Assembly: GCA_019057815.1 (NCBI GenBank)
Contig: JAHLWR010000003.1
Span: 64,001-128,000, forward strand
Direction: 5' to 3'
Length of the DNA stretch: 64,000 nt
Source of the DNA: Candidatus Heimdallarchaeota archaeon
GTDB taxonomy: Archaea > Asgardarchaeota > Heimdallarchaeia > Heimdallarchaeales > Heimdallarchaeaceae
This document shows positions 19,376-28,722 of this stretch, piece by piece. Positions within the stretch are counted from its first letter, which is position 1. Every line of letters begins with the position of its first letter. The position numbers and the translations under genes were made by a program. The notes under the pieces are model-generated. The model had not been told where the DNA came from. It saw only the letters and a list, made by a program, of their open reading frames with translations, and did no database searches.

Positions 19376-22300
19376 CTATGTATAACTAATCCTTCCTTCT
19401 TTAGGAGTGAATATTTGTCCACTCTTTTGAAGTTGTTCGATAACTTTGATAACGAAATCTTCTTCAATATCTCTCTCTTTTGCTATTTCTTTTAATTTCT
19501 GCATCGTAATATAGTTATATTTGCTTTTAGTAATTTCATCTTTGATAATATCAAGAATCTTATCCATCTTTGAACGTGAAACTGAAGTCATTCCTGATAC
19601 CATATAATCAACAGTAACTTTTCCACTGATAGGATCTTTACCAGCTTGTTCTAAAGAGGTTTTAAGTAATCTGATAGCTGCTTCAACATGGTCTATTGTA
19701 ACATCATTTTTTAGAGCCATTCTAGCTTGAGATTCTGATAATCTGACTAAGGCTTCTAAATATCTAGGAGTAATAGCAATTTCTAATCCATCTGATTCCT
19801 TTCTTAATTCTAGATAATACTTTTCTATTCTTTCCATTGCTTCATCTGTAAGAACTGGATGTACATGTTGTTTTGAATAACTTATGTATTTGCGCAAAAG
19901 TTCCATAGAAATTGGGGGTTCAGCTTCTTCTAACAAATGACCTCGCCTTAATTCTAAGATATGACGAGCCATTTTAGTATCAAATTCAACCTCTGGTTCA
20001 TCTTTAATTATGAATATTAGATCAAACCTAGAAAGGATAGTAGATGAAAGGTTAATATTTTCTCCAGGAGAGCGTGAAGGCTCATAGCGTCCAAAACGCG
20101 GGTTAGCAGCTGCAATAATAGCTGTTCGAGCGTTTAATTGGGCAATAATTCCAGCTTTAGCTATACTAATACTTTGTTGCTCCATAGCTTCATGTATTGA
20201 TGAACGGTCAACTTTATTCATTTTGTCAAATTCATCTATTGCAACTACCCCTCTATCTCCTAATACTAATGCTCCTGCTTCTAATGTGAATTCTCCCGTA
20301 TCTTGATCTCTAATTACAGCCGCGGTGTTATGTGTAACAAATCCATTTACAATAAAATTATGAGTTTCTGGTATTGACAAATCATAAACATATTCTTCTG
20401 TATTTTCAAACTCTTCAATTTGTGCAATCTCATCCCATAAAACATCTGAATTTGCTAATGTCTTTAATAACTCATATCTCTTCTGTAAATATTTGTGTTT
20501 TTCTTTTATCTTTTCAATTACGTTATCTATGTACTTTGTTATTTCCAGTGGTAAAACAATATTTTCAAGTTTTTTTAGCTTGATAATTATTTTTATTTGA
20601 ATTGAGATATCCCTATTTTTTCTCATGAAAAAATCATAAATATTATCATAATTGAGTCCAGTTTCTTTTTCTATCTCTTTTCTTTCTAATTTCTTATTTA
20701 TTTCTGAAAATAATGTGCTTCGGACAGAGAAAGGTAATTTAATTCTGTGTCTTAACCAATTTGTATCAATTTTTTCTAGTATCTCTTTCAGACGTTTTTG
20801 AGATATTGCTTTATCGAAATTATCTTTGGAAAAAGCTCCATGATAACCTGTCAAATCTCTACTACTATAATTGTAGAATATCTTTAGTTCATTTACCATT
20901 GAAAAGATTTGGGGTATGTTATCCAAATTTCGATGTTTCTGTCTGGTTTTTTCACATATTTCGTCTAGTTTCTCCATTTTACTAGAGTGCCTAAAACCAA
21001 CAAATTCTCTAAATACTTTGAAATCTTCATTATTGCTAAATGCTATTTCATATTTCTCTAGTTTGCCTGTTATTTTAGTCCCATCTTTCTTAATTGATGT
21101 TTTTGGTTTTCTCACCCTTCTAAATGAAGCGATGTTAAGAGTTGATAGTGCATCTTGAATAAAATTTGCAAGCTTTTTGCTTGTTGTAGATATTCCGATG
21201 TGAGAAGAACTATTTTTTCTTACAGTTATCCATCCATCTGAATCATATAATCCCTGAAGAAGATTCTTTAGATAAATTTCTGGATAAAATAGAATGTCCC
21301 AGATAGGTGCTATTGTGCTTGATTTAGGAGCTAATGTCAGGCCAAAATAATTGAAAATATGATAAAGCAATTTGGACCAAATTCTATATTCTGCTGGCCT
21401 AGATTGTGTTTCTTTTGTTTTGCTAATTGTGAAACCTAGTTTTTTAAAGAATTGTTCAAAAGTATCCAATATCTCTTGCTGTGTATTAGACAATCCAATA
21501 GTAACACCACCATAACCCTCTGTTCTTTTATCAATTGATACCCGACCATCACCCATTAATAGACCTAACATGTAGAACCATTCTTCATCTAAAGTTTTAG
21601 GAAGGAAAATAGTTTGACCTTTTTTGATCTGGAGTTCTAATATATCTGGGAGTTCATTCAGCAGATCTTTGTTTGCTAATTTACATAAGTTACCAAATTG
21701 TCTAAAACTTATTGAACCTCGTTTGCTTTTATCTTGCCAGTTTGATATTGTACTCTCTGTAACCTTTAATATTTTCTCTATGTCTTTTATTGTATAAGAA
21801 GTGCTATGTTTCAATTCTTCAATAATTGTTGCAACTTTGTCTTCAACAGAAGATAATGTAATAGTTCCTTTATAGATTTCAATAATTTCATATGATATTG
21901 GTACTTCTTTTCTTGTTATAATTGGTAATTTTCTCGTTGTAGCTACCCTATCTCCTTCTGTAAGGATGCTTGCATGTTTCCAAACTACTCCTTCATCCTT
22001 TGTTATTGAAAGAAGGCTAGTTTGAGGAGTGATTACAAGTTGTTTTCCTGTTCGTGAGGTTATTCTAATTAGACTCTTTGGAGGTTTAATTTTCCAAAAT
22101 CTTGATATCGGTTGTTTATCTAAATGTAAATTCTTTGAATGGACAGCTAAATTTTCATTGCTAGAATTCTCAACATATTCCATTTGTTCATTATAATATA
22201 AGATATCGCCAGATTCAAATTCTTGTTCAACTATTTCAGAAATAGGTTTAATTTGATTATGAAGAAGAATTCGGCTATCACCAGAAACACAAAGACCAGC

Positions 22301-23401
22301 AGCTGTTGAGGCTTTTCCAGATGTCATTAGTCCTCTTGGTGCAAGTTTACATGCAAATTGTAAAATTTGACTCTTAGCAACTCCTGGATCGCCTATTATT
22401 AATAAATTAGATTCACCTCTTTGTTTCATCCCATCGGACGCTACTCTACTTTCTCCACCAAAGAGAATGGTTGCTATGGCTTCTTTGATTGTCTCCATTC
22501 CGTATATCGAAGGTGCAACAGATCTTATTATCCTTCTATGAATACTTAAATCGCGGGATAATTCTATGATTTCTTTTTCTGTTTCTGGGTCTATATCGAT
22601 TTCTTCATACTCTTTCTGTTGGGAAGAAATATAATTGACATCCAACCAAAGGTCAAAAATAGCTAGTTTTCCTTTCTTCTTTGGAGTTGGAGCTTTCATT
22701 CTCAAAATACCACTAACAACAGCTCGATCTCCTGCTCTGACAGCATCGACTAAATCTCCCACTAATCTTGCAGAAAGGTTTCTAGGAATTTGACCTGCTG
22801 GGAGTGTTTCAGGTCGTTCCTGAACTGTTATTGTCTGTAGATCTTTGTATGTAGATTCCTCTGAATTGAGTTTAAAGAAACCTTTCTTTCCACAGCTTGG
22901 ATTAACACAGATATGTGGTTCCATATACATACCTCCTATTTGAGGGACATAATTAATTTCACCGCAGCTCAAACACTGAAAAGAACCTTCAATAAGTAAA
23001 GGTTTGACAACACTCTGTCTAAGAACAATGCCTTCTACAGATATTAGTTTCCCTAAATGCACATTTCTAACCCTTCTCAAATCAACTTGATCAGGAATAT
23101 TTGAAAAACGAACAACAAATGTTTCTTCACCTGTTGCATAAATTGGGTCTTCTATGGTTAATACTTCCTTTAATGCTCCATTAGCTTCTTTGAGAATCTC
23201 TTCAGGATTCTCTCTTAATTGTCTAGCTGATTCTGGGTCGTATCGAAGAAGATCATCATAACTTACAAAAAGTGACGTTAAACCTTCTAAAACCATTTTT
23301 TGAATTTGTTCTGTATATACTCTTCTTCCTTTATCATCCATATATCCTTGAAAAAAATCAGTAAACCTATCTATAGGCGTAGATTGCATGTCGATGTGCA
23401 T
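19376..23401 (-). CDS. mcm: MCM replicative helicase (intein-containing)
   Basis: Zn finger, GDPGVAKS, AAGL|intein|TAAV, IDEFDKM, AANP, SRFD. Start placed at ATG 23401. Confidence 0.97.
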   Translation of the reverse strand: MHIDMQSTPIDRFTDFFQGYMDDKGRRVYTEQIQKMVLEGLTSLFVSYDDLLRYDPESARQLRENPEEILKEANGALKEVLTIEDPIYATGEETFVVRFSNIPDQVDLRRVRNVHLGKLISVEGIVLRQSVVKPLLIEGSFQCLSCGEINYVPQIGGMYMEPHICVNPSCGKKGFFKLNSEESTYKDLQTITVQERPETLPAGQIPRNLSARLVGDLVDAVRAGDRAVVSGILRMKAPTPKKKGKLAIFDLWLDVNYISSQQKEYEEIDIDPETEKEIIELSRDLSIHRRIIRSVAPSIYGMETIKEAIATILFGGESRVASDGMKQRGESNLLIIGDPGVAKSQILQFACKLAPRGLMTSGKASTAAGLCVSGDSRILLHNQIKPISEIVEQEFESGDILYYNEQMEYVENSSNENLAVHSKNLHLDKQPISRFWKIKPPKSLIRITSRTGKQLVITPQTSLLSITKDEGVVWKHASILTEGDRVATTRKLPIITRKEVPISYEIIEIYKGTITLSSVEDKVATIIEELKHSTSYTIKDIEKILKVTESTISNWQDKSKRGSISFRQFGNLCKLANKDLLNELPDILELQIKKGQTIFLPKTLDEEWFYMLGLLMGDGRVSIDKRTEGYGGVTIGLSNTQQEILDTFEQFFKKLGFTISKTKETQSRPAEYRIWSKLLYHIFNYFGLTLAPKSSTIAPIWDILFYPEIYLKNLLQGLYDSDGWITVRKNSSSHIGISTTSKKLANFIQDALSTLNIASFRRVRKPKTSIKKDGTKITGKLEKYEIAFSNNEDFKVFREFVGFRHSSKMEKLDEICEKTRQKHRNLDNIPQIFSMVNELKIFYNYSSRDLTGYHGAFSKDNFDKAISQKRLKEILEKIDTNWLRHRIKLPFSVRSTLFSEINKKLERKEIEKETGLNYDNIYDFFMRKNRDISIQIKIIIKLKKLENIVLPLEITKYIDNVIEKIKEKHKYLQKRYELLKTLANSDVLWDEIAQIEEFENTEEYVYDLSIPETHNFIVNGFVTHNTAAVIRDQDTGEFTLEAGALVLGDRGVVAIDEFDKMNKVDRSSIHEAMEQQSISIAKAGIIAQLNARTAIIAAANPRFGRYEPSRSPGENINLSSTILSRFDLIFIIKDEPEVEFDTKMARHILELRRGHLLEEAEPPISMELLRKYISYSKQHVHPVLTDEAMERIEKYYLELRKESDGLEIAITPRYLEALVRLSESQARMALKNDVTIDHVEAAIRLLKTSLEQAGKDPISGKVTVDYMVSGMTSVSRSKMDKILDIIKDEITKSKYNYITMQKLKEIAKERDIEEDFVIKVIEQLQKSGQIFTPKEGRISYT
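20327..22291 (-). mobile_element. 655-aa intein in MCM with LAGLIDADG homing endonuclease
   Basis: Begins CVSGDS after AAGL and ends VYDL...HNFIVNGFVTHN before Thr+1; LAGLIDADG blocks LGLLMGDG and LQGLYDSDG. Confidence 0.95.
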
Positions 23402-23542
23402 TTTTTCCAACCTTAATTCTACAACTTTCCTTAGTTTATTAGTTTTACTTTGTACTGACAAAGCTTTATGTTTAATAAAATATACTGAAAATTAGTATAA
23501 AAACTACTCATCAGAACAAAAAGAACATAAATTAAGAGATGG

Positions 23543-24898
23543 ATGTTGACTAAAATGACTTACACTAATACTCACTTAGCCTTACAAGGAATACTGATGT
23601 GGATTCTTTTATCAAAAAAATCTAAAGAATATTACAAAGAGCATAGATGGGAGTTTCTTTTAGTTAATTTATTTGCAATTTTACCTGATATAGATCTTCT
23701 GTTCGGTCTTCACCGTTCATATACTCATTCACTAATTCTGCCACTAGCTATTCTCTTATGTTGTTTAACGGTAGGGAAGATAGGCGGAGGATTCTCGAAA
23801 ATAAGTGAGAAGGGGTTAAGGATTATCCGATTTATTAAGTTAGCTTGCTATATGTATTTGCTTCATATTGTTCTTGATATTGGTTGGGGACCTGTAATGT
23901 TTTTCTGGCCATTAGATACTAATTATTATGATTTATCGGTGTTTTTAAGGCTTGAAAACGTTAAGTGGTTATTTCTACCGATGACTTTTATCGGTTTAAT
24001 ACCATCGTGGAAAGTTTATACTTATTCAGAGGGACATAGTCAGTTTTTCATCAATTTAAGTCAAGAAGAAAGACAGTCGATTTATGGTCAGTATTTGGAT
24101 TTTAAAATAGAGTATTTTATTTTTCATGTAGTCATTTTAATAGCTTGGATTATAGTCATTTTGCTCCCTGTATTTAAAAGGAAACGGCAAAAAGAAAAAT
24201 CAAATTTTACTACAAATTTAGTTAAGGGCTTCAAACAGATTACAAGAGAGACAACTCTTGTTGGAGTATTAATACTAGCATTAGGTCTAATTATAGGTCC
24301 TTCGATAGGCAGAAGTTATAGTGTATCACATATAGTGAATATAGATTACGTTTCAAGTAATACTCTTTTTGATCCAACATTGGGAGTCATTGTAGATAGG
24401 GGAGTATATGAAAACACAACATTAAGCTATAAATGTAAAACAGGATTAGTAGACTACAATGCATCTGTTATGTTTGTAGAAAAAGAAACGTTCTATAATT
24501 TCTTCAATTCGTTTTCTAATATAAGCTCTGAATATCAAGCTGGAAATATATCCTATACAGAGTTAATTGTCTCATATTCAGTTCTAGTAGATGGTGTAAA
24601 AAACGCAAGTAACGAAGTTTATCAATTAATTGGGGAACAGAACCAAATTGGCTTAAATTTTACTTATGATTCTTCTTCAGAAGAAAGTACACTCTATTTC
24701 TTAGCTCTTATCGATGAATGGAATTGGACAGAATCGTATGTATATAGATGTACGTTAACTATATCACACACATTAGACAGGAGTATAGCTCAGATTGAAG
24801 GTGCTGTCCTAGTTTCTTTGGCGTGTGTAATAATCTTATTAGACCAATCCTTTAGTGTTATAAGAATACGTAAAAAAATAGATGAAAAAATAAGTTAA
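23543..24898 (+). CDS. Membrane metal-dependent hydrolase (YdjM-like) with extracytoplasmic C-terminal domain
   Basis: TH, LPDID, HRSYTHS, H..LD motifs; several TM segments. Confidence 0.75.
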   Translation: MLTKMTYTNTHLALQGILMWILLSKKSKEYYKEHRWEFLLVNLFAILPDIDLLFGLHRSYTHSLILPLAILLCCLTVGKIGGGFSKISEKGLRIIRFIKLACYMYLLHIVLDIGWGPVMFFWPLDTNYYDLSVFLRLENVKWLFLPMTFIGLIPSWKVYTYSEGHSQFFINLSQEERQSIYGQYLDFKIEYFIFHVVILIAWIIVILLPVFKRKRQKEKSNFTTNLVKGFKQITRETTLVGVLILALGLIIGPSIGRSYSVSHIVNIDYVSSNTLFDPTLGVIVDRGVYENTTLSYKCKTGLVDYNASVMFVEKETFYNFFNSFSNISSEYQAGNISYTELIVSYSVLVDGVKNASNEVYQLIGEQNQIGLNFTYDSSSEESTLYFLALIDEWNWTESYVYRCTLTISHTLDRSIAQIEGAVLVSLACVIILLDQSFSVIRIRKKIDEKIS

Positions 24899-25902
24899 GA
24901 GGCCATTTCTGTTGTCAATTCTACTAGGTCTGTATTTTCATTTAATTCTCTCAAAATTACGTTTGATAATATAGCTATTTCATCTACAAAAGGCATCCTT
25001 CTATAGGTTCTAAAATAAATTACTCGGAAATCTTTTGCTTTTTTGATAAAGGGAAGAGGGTTCTTACCTGCTGTTCTTTCTAAATCGCTGATAAGATAAA
25101 TTATACGTTCAGGAGCTGATACCTGTTCTAACTCATCAAGTGCCAGTTCAAGAGCTTCAGAAATGTTAGTTTTTCCTCTACTTTCTAAATCAAGGATTTT
25201 TCTAACTATCTCATTAGGATGAGTTGCTTCAGCCATTTTCTTGAGTAATTGAGCTTCTGAATCAAACCCTATGATTGCCAAATTGTCTCTTTTAACTGTC
25301 AAAGAGAGTACTGAAGCAGTTAAAACTATTTGATGTATATGTTGTAAAACACTAAGACTTTTGTCTATACATATAACAATGCTACGTTTTCTTTTTTCAG
25401 GTTCTCGAACAACTATATTATCATAAGTGGGCAGAATGTTACCACTACTTAACAACCGTTGCATAGTCATTTCGAGATCCCATTGATCTCCAGGTTCATA
25501 ATTCTTAAAACGAGCTACAGATGAAGCTATTCCTTTAAGGTAGATGAGCTTAGCTTTTTCCGTTATAAATGGTATAAGTTTATCAAGAATTTCCTTGCGA
25601 ATTTTAAAACTCAAATGTTTTTTTGTGAGAGAATAAAGTTGTATCAGATCCTCTTCAGATATTTTTTCAAGGATTACATTATCAATATCCATTTCATTTA
25701 ATGTCTTAGCGACAAAATTGGGATAATTAGTTGCAATTAATCTCAACCCTTCCAAATTTCTAGTTTCTGCTGCTTTTTGAGTCAGTTCAGCTATACGTGC
25801 CATATCTTCTTTGTAATGCCCTAGTTCTAATGAGATATCATTAACTAACATACGAGCTTCTATATTTGAAGGAAAGTGTAACAACGGTTCATTCTCTATC
25901 AT
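24895..25902 (-). CDS. VWA domain protein (MoxR partner)
   Basis: MIDAS DKSLS...T...SD; directly downstream of a MoxR ATPase. Confidence 0.85.
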   Translation of the reverse strand: MIENEPLLHFPSNIEARMLVNDISLELGHYKEDMARIAELTQKAAETRNLEGLRLIATNYPNFVAKTLNEMDIDNVILEKISEEDLIQLYSLTKKHLSFKIRKEILDKLIPFITEKAKLIYLKGIASSVARFKNYEPGDQWDLEMTMQRLLSSGNILPTYDNIVVREPEKRKRSIVICIDKSLSVLQHIHQIVLTASVLSLTVKRDNLAIIGFDSEAQLLKKMAEATHPNEIVRKILDLESRGKTNISEALELALDELEQVSAPERIIYLISDLERTAGKNPLPFIKKAKDFRVIYFRTYRRMPFVDEIAILSNVILRELNENTDLVELTTEMAS

Positions 25903-25922
25903 TTGGTTGATAGAGTCACCTT

Positions 25923-26810
25923 TTATCCTTTTTTTCTTATTATACGCTCATCTTCATATGTAGAAAGAATTTTAGAAACAATTTCTTCGAGAACTGTTTG
26001 TTCAGATTTTTGACTCGTTGTAGTACATCTGACTTTACGTGAGTGTACAGCAATAACATGCGAAATCAATATATTTTCATCTATATCTTGATTTTGAGGA
26101 TGTAATTCAACTAATTGAATAGCTCCTCTTACAGTAGAAGAGATATCAAGTTCAGGGTGGTTAATTGTGGTTTGAACTATATCGCACGAGATTTGAATAA
26201 GAAGATCATCACTTGAACTAGTTCGAAGTTTAACAATTTCTATCATCTCTTCTCTAGATTGGTGATTTACGTTTATCCATATGCAACGATCATAAAACGC
26301 TCTAGGGAGAGGATTCGTGGCTACTGTGTCCTTTGGATTAAAAGTGAATATGGGTATGAAACCTACTTCAGCTTTGATTGTACCCAGTCTGGGAATTGTG
26401 ATTAATCTTTCATCCAAAGCTGATAATGCAGCGTTTATGGTCTCAGAAGGAGCTCGATTGGTTTCATTGAAGAAGAAAATACCCCCTTTTTCCATTGCTT
26501 CAGTTAAAGGACCAGGAATAAAACTTTCTTTAGAAAAACCTTTCTCGAGAACTAATGGTGGATCATACCAGCCTTTTAATTTTATGGCTGTAAGATTATC
26601 ATCTCCATCAACACGAATGAAAGGACGTTCTAAACAATCAGAGACAGCTTTTGCCATTTCAGTTTTACCAGTTCCTATGGGACCTTCAATAATTATTGGG
26701 AGATTTTTCTCAATAGCTCTAAACATTAAACGAAGCTCTTCGCGACGACCAATTATAAGAGTAAAAACTTTTTCCAATGAGTCGTCTAAAGACATACTAG
26801 AATTGGTCAT
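25923..26810 (-). CDS. MoxR-family AAA+ ATPase
   Basis: GPIGTGKT, FIPGPL..AM, NE.NR, TFNP, DR. Start uncertain (26810 or 26795). Confidence 0.88.
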   Translation of the reverse strand: MTNSSMSLDDSLEKVFTLIIGRREELRLMFRAIEKNLPIIIEGPIGTGKTEMAKAVSDCLERPFIRVDGDDNLTAIKLKGWYDPPLVLEKGFSKESFIPGPLTEAMEKGGIFFFNETNRAPSETINAALSALDERLITIPRLGTIKAEVGFIPIFTFNPKDTVATNPLPRAFYDRCIWINVNHQSREEMIEIVKLRTSSSDDLLIQISCDIVQTTINHPELDISSTVRGAIQLVELHPQNQDIDENILISHVIAVHSRKVRCTTTSQKSEQTVLEEIVSKILSTYEDERIIRKKG

Positions 26811-26829
26811 TACTAGAGGAACATAGAAC

Positions 26830-26862
26830 AAAAATAAAACTCTTGTCGTTTAAGCTGAAAAA
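26830..26862 (+). repeat. 33-bp direct repeat, copy A (AAAAATAAAACTCTTGTCGTTTAAGCTGAAAAA)
   Basis: Exact match at 28271-28303; the 12-bp core AATAAAACTCTT also occurs at 29505-29516. Confidence 0.95.
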
Positions 26863-26870
26863 GAAAGAAG

Positions 26871-26922
26871 AAAGAAAAAGAAAGGAAGGTTAGTAATTTT
26901 TAGCGGATTTTTCAGGATTGAC
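26871..26922 (-). repeat. Displaced copy of the MFS gene 3' end plus U-rich downstream tract
   Basis: 26890-26922 matches 29549-29581 at 31/33 nt (VNPEKSAKNY* vs VKPEKSAKNY*); similarity extends into the flanking AAAGAAAAAGAAAGGA. Confidence 0.92.
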
Positions 26923-27116
26923 AGATAGAGAGAATAATAAGAAGTGAGACGATAATAAACATAACAATATCAACAGTAGATGAAAAAGAGGAGTTAATAG
27001 AAAGGGTAAAGCTAGCAGAAGAATATCAAGAGGAAGGAGGAAAAGTGGCTTTGAGGGTAGTAACATTTGCGTTCAAAGAAAGAGAAGAAATAATCAAACT
27101 AAGCCATAAAAACTAG
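26922..27116 (+). pseudogene. Start-less ORF fragment, possibly the C-terminal part of a PD-(D/E)XK-like domain
   Basis: 64 open codons (QIERIIRSETIINITISTVDEKEELIERVKLAEEYQEEGGKVALRVVTFAF...) beginning at the repeat edge; the family guess is weak. Confidence 0.3.
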
Positions 27117-27129
27117 ATTCTTCATATAA

Positions 27130-28008
27130 CTATTTCATTTTTTTACCACAATTCGAACAGAATTTAACTGAATCTCTATGTTTAGAACCACAGTTTATAC
27201 AAAATTTAGAATTAGTATCCTCCTTAAAAGTGTCTTGGTGAGGATGGAGTGTTTGAGAAAAAGAATTTTGTTTTCCTGTTTTTATTTCATTAAAATCGTT
27301 AGATGTTCGATAGATACCAAGTAAGAATAAACCATAGTATATAAAACTAGTAACATATGTGAGTATATAATAAGTAAACTGAGAAGTATTAAAGCTCCAG
27401 TTACTAAATATTGTGTTACTAAGACTATTTTGGAGGATATTAATGAAAAGAATATAGATTTGAGAATAGAGGAGAAACCTATCAGCTCGGTTGTCGATAA
27501 TTTGCTTTTCTTCCATCTCCGCAAATAAATCCTTCATGAACCAAAAAGCAAATATAAAAGGCACAGGAGTAATACAGATTAAAATGTCATAAACAAGACC
27601 CATTCTAAGGATGCTAAAAAGCATTGTTATGAACTCAAAAGTAGCAGCAAAAATCAAGGAAATAGTTATCTTATTTGATTTAAACTCTAGCTCTGGGAAT
27701 GCTTCTTCAAGTTTGTTAAAATCAGAAGCTAATAAATAGAAAAGAATGAACAGTGTAGCATTGATGAAATATACAGCGTAGAATATATAGAAATAAATGT
27801 TGTTAATTGAAGTAAATTCAGGAGAAGTAGGTTGAACAAAAGATTTAGTGCTAACAATCTGATAAAGACGAATGATAAACTGAATGAGAGTTCTGGAAAA
27901 GGTTATAATAAGTATGATCCCAATTGTGTTAAGATGTCTTTTGAAGTTTCTTTTAGCTATTGACAAGAGATCAAGAGGTACATGTGTAGGGTGATACATA
28001 CTAATCAA
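27130..28008 (-). CDS. Multi-pass membrane protein with C-terminal zinc ribbon
   Basis: About 6 TM segments, then FCINCG...FCSNCG. Confidence 0.85.
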   Translation of the reverse strand: MISMYHPTHVPLDLLSIAKRNFKRHLNTIGIILIITFSRTLIQFIIRLYQIVSTKSFVQPTSPEFTSINNIYFYIFYAVYFINATLFILFYLLASDFNKLEEAFPELEFKSNKITISLIFAATFEFITMLFSILRMGLVYDILICITPVPFIFAFWFMKDLFAEMEEKQIIDNRADRFLLYSQIYILFINILQNSLSNTIFSNWSFNTSQFTYYILTYVTSFIYYGLFLLGIYRTSNDFNEIKTGKQNSFSQTLHPHQDTFKEDTNSKFCINCGSKHRDSVKFCSNCGKKMK

Positions 28009-28197
28009 CTTACAATTAGAAAAAGTGAACTATTTAAGCTTATTTAACGATTTTTTGAGTTTTCTTAATGTGCAATAGGTAGTTAACAGTAATACTCATC
28101 AAAGTATCCTTCCACTTCAATATTAATAAATTCTTACTGATTCGAAATTTTCTTTGAACAACAACTTTGTTGTCTTTTTATGTCCCTTTTACTATAT

Positions 28198-28274
28198 TGA
28201 AGTATGAAAAAGCAACAGCTGAAACAGTGGATATTACTATGAATATCATCCCAAAGGATTCTAACATAAGAAAA
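28198..28274 (-). repeat. 77-bp diverged internal fragment of the MFS gene
   Basis: Matches 29995-30071 with 6 mismatches (FLMLESFGMIFIVISTVSAVAFSYF vs FLMSETFGMIFIVISTVSAVAFSYF). Confidence 0.93.
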
Positions 28275-28303
28275 ATAAAACTCTTGTCGTTTAAGCTGAA
28301 AAA
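28271..28303 (+). repeat. 33-bp direct repeat, copy B
   Basis: Identical to 26830-26862; offset 1441 bp. Confidence 0.95.
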
Positions 28304-28413
28304 AGATAACAAGAAAGAAAAAAGAGAGAGTATACTACATACAATCTTAATTATTACCTGTTTATTGAGAAACTATTAAAAGAAATAGAAACTAGAGAAT
28401 AACATCGAAGTAA

Positions 28414-28674
28414 TTATCTTACTTCTCCTGGAGGGATTGGTTTATTATGGCTACCTACTCTTTGTAAATATTTTCCAGAGTTTGTACAATGATGGTGTTT
28501 ACTAAATCTAGGAACAAGAACACAAAGTATACCTAAATAAGTTGATGTAATTATTGTGTGAAATTCAGGTGTAAATGGAAGTAAAATTCTGTCTCTAGCA
28601 AGATTAACAATTTGATTTTAAATTTTATCTCTTTGCTTATAATCCAAAGGATATACTTCTTTGTTGTGGTCCAT
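28414..28674 (-). pseudogene. Schlafen/AlbA_2 domain remnant
   Basis: Manual translation MDHNKEVYPLDYKQRDKI*NQIVNLARDRILLPFTPEF...ILCVLVPRFSKHHHCTNSGKYLQRVGSHNKPIPPGEVR*. It has an internal TAA, and the VP...H...G.Y..R.GS.N.P...E pattern fits the AlbA_2 C-terminal half. Confidence 0.7.
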
Positions 28675-28722
28675 ACTTGAGTATCGAGTGTTTTTTATAC
28701 AAACTGAAGTCTACTTTGTATT

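Noticed and set aside
26830-28303. CRISPR array from the 33-bp repeat
   Set aside because: Only two full copies, 1.4 kb apart, with no spacer periodicity or cas genes.
28167-28379. 70-aa plus-strand ORF
   Set aside because: It is made of antisense MFS fragment and repeat sequence, so it is a chance ORF.
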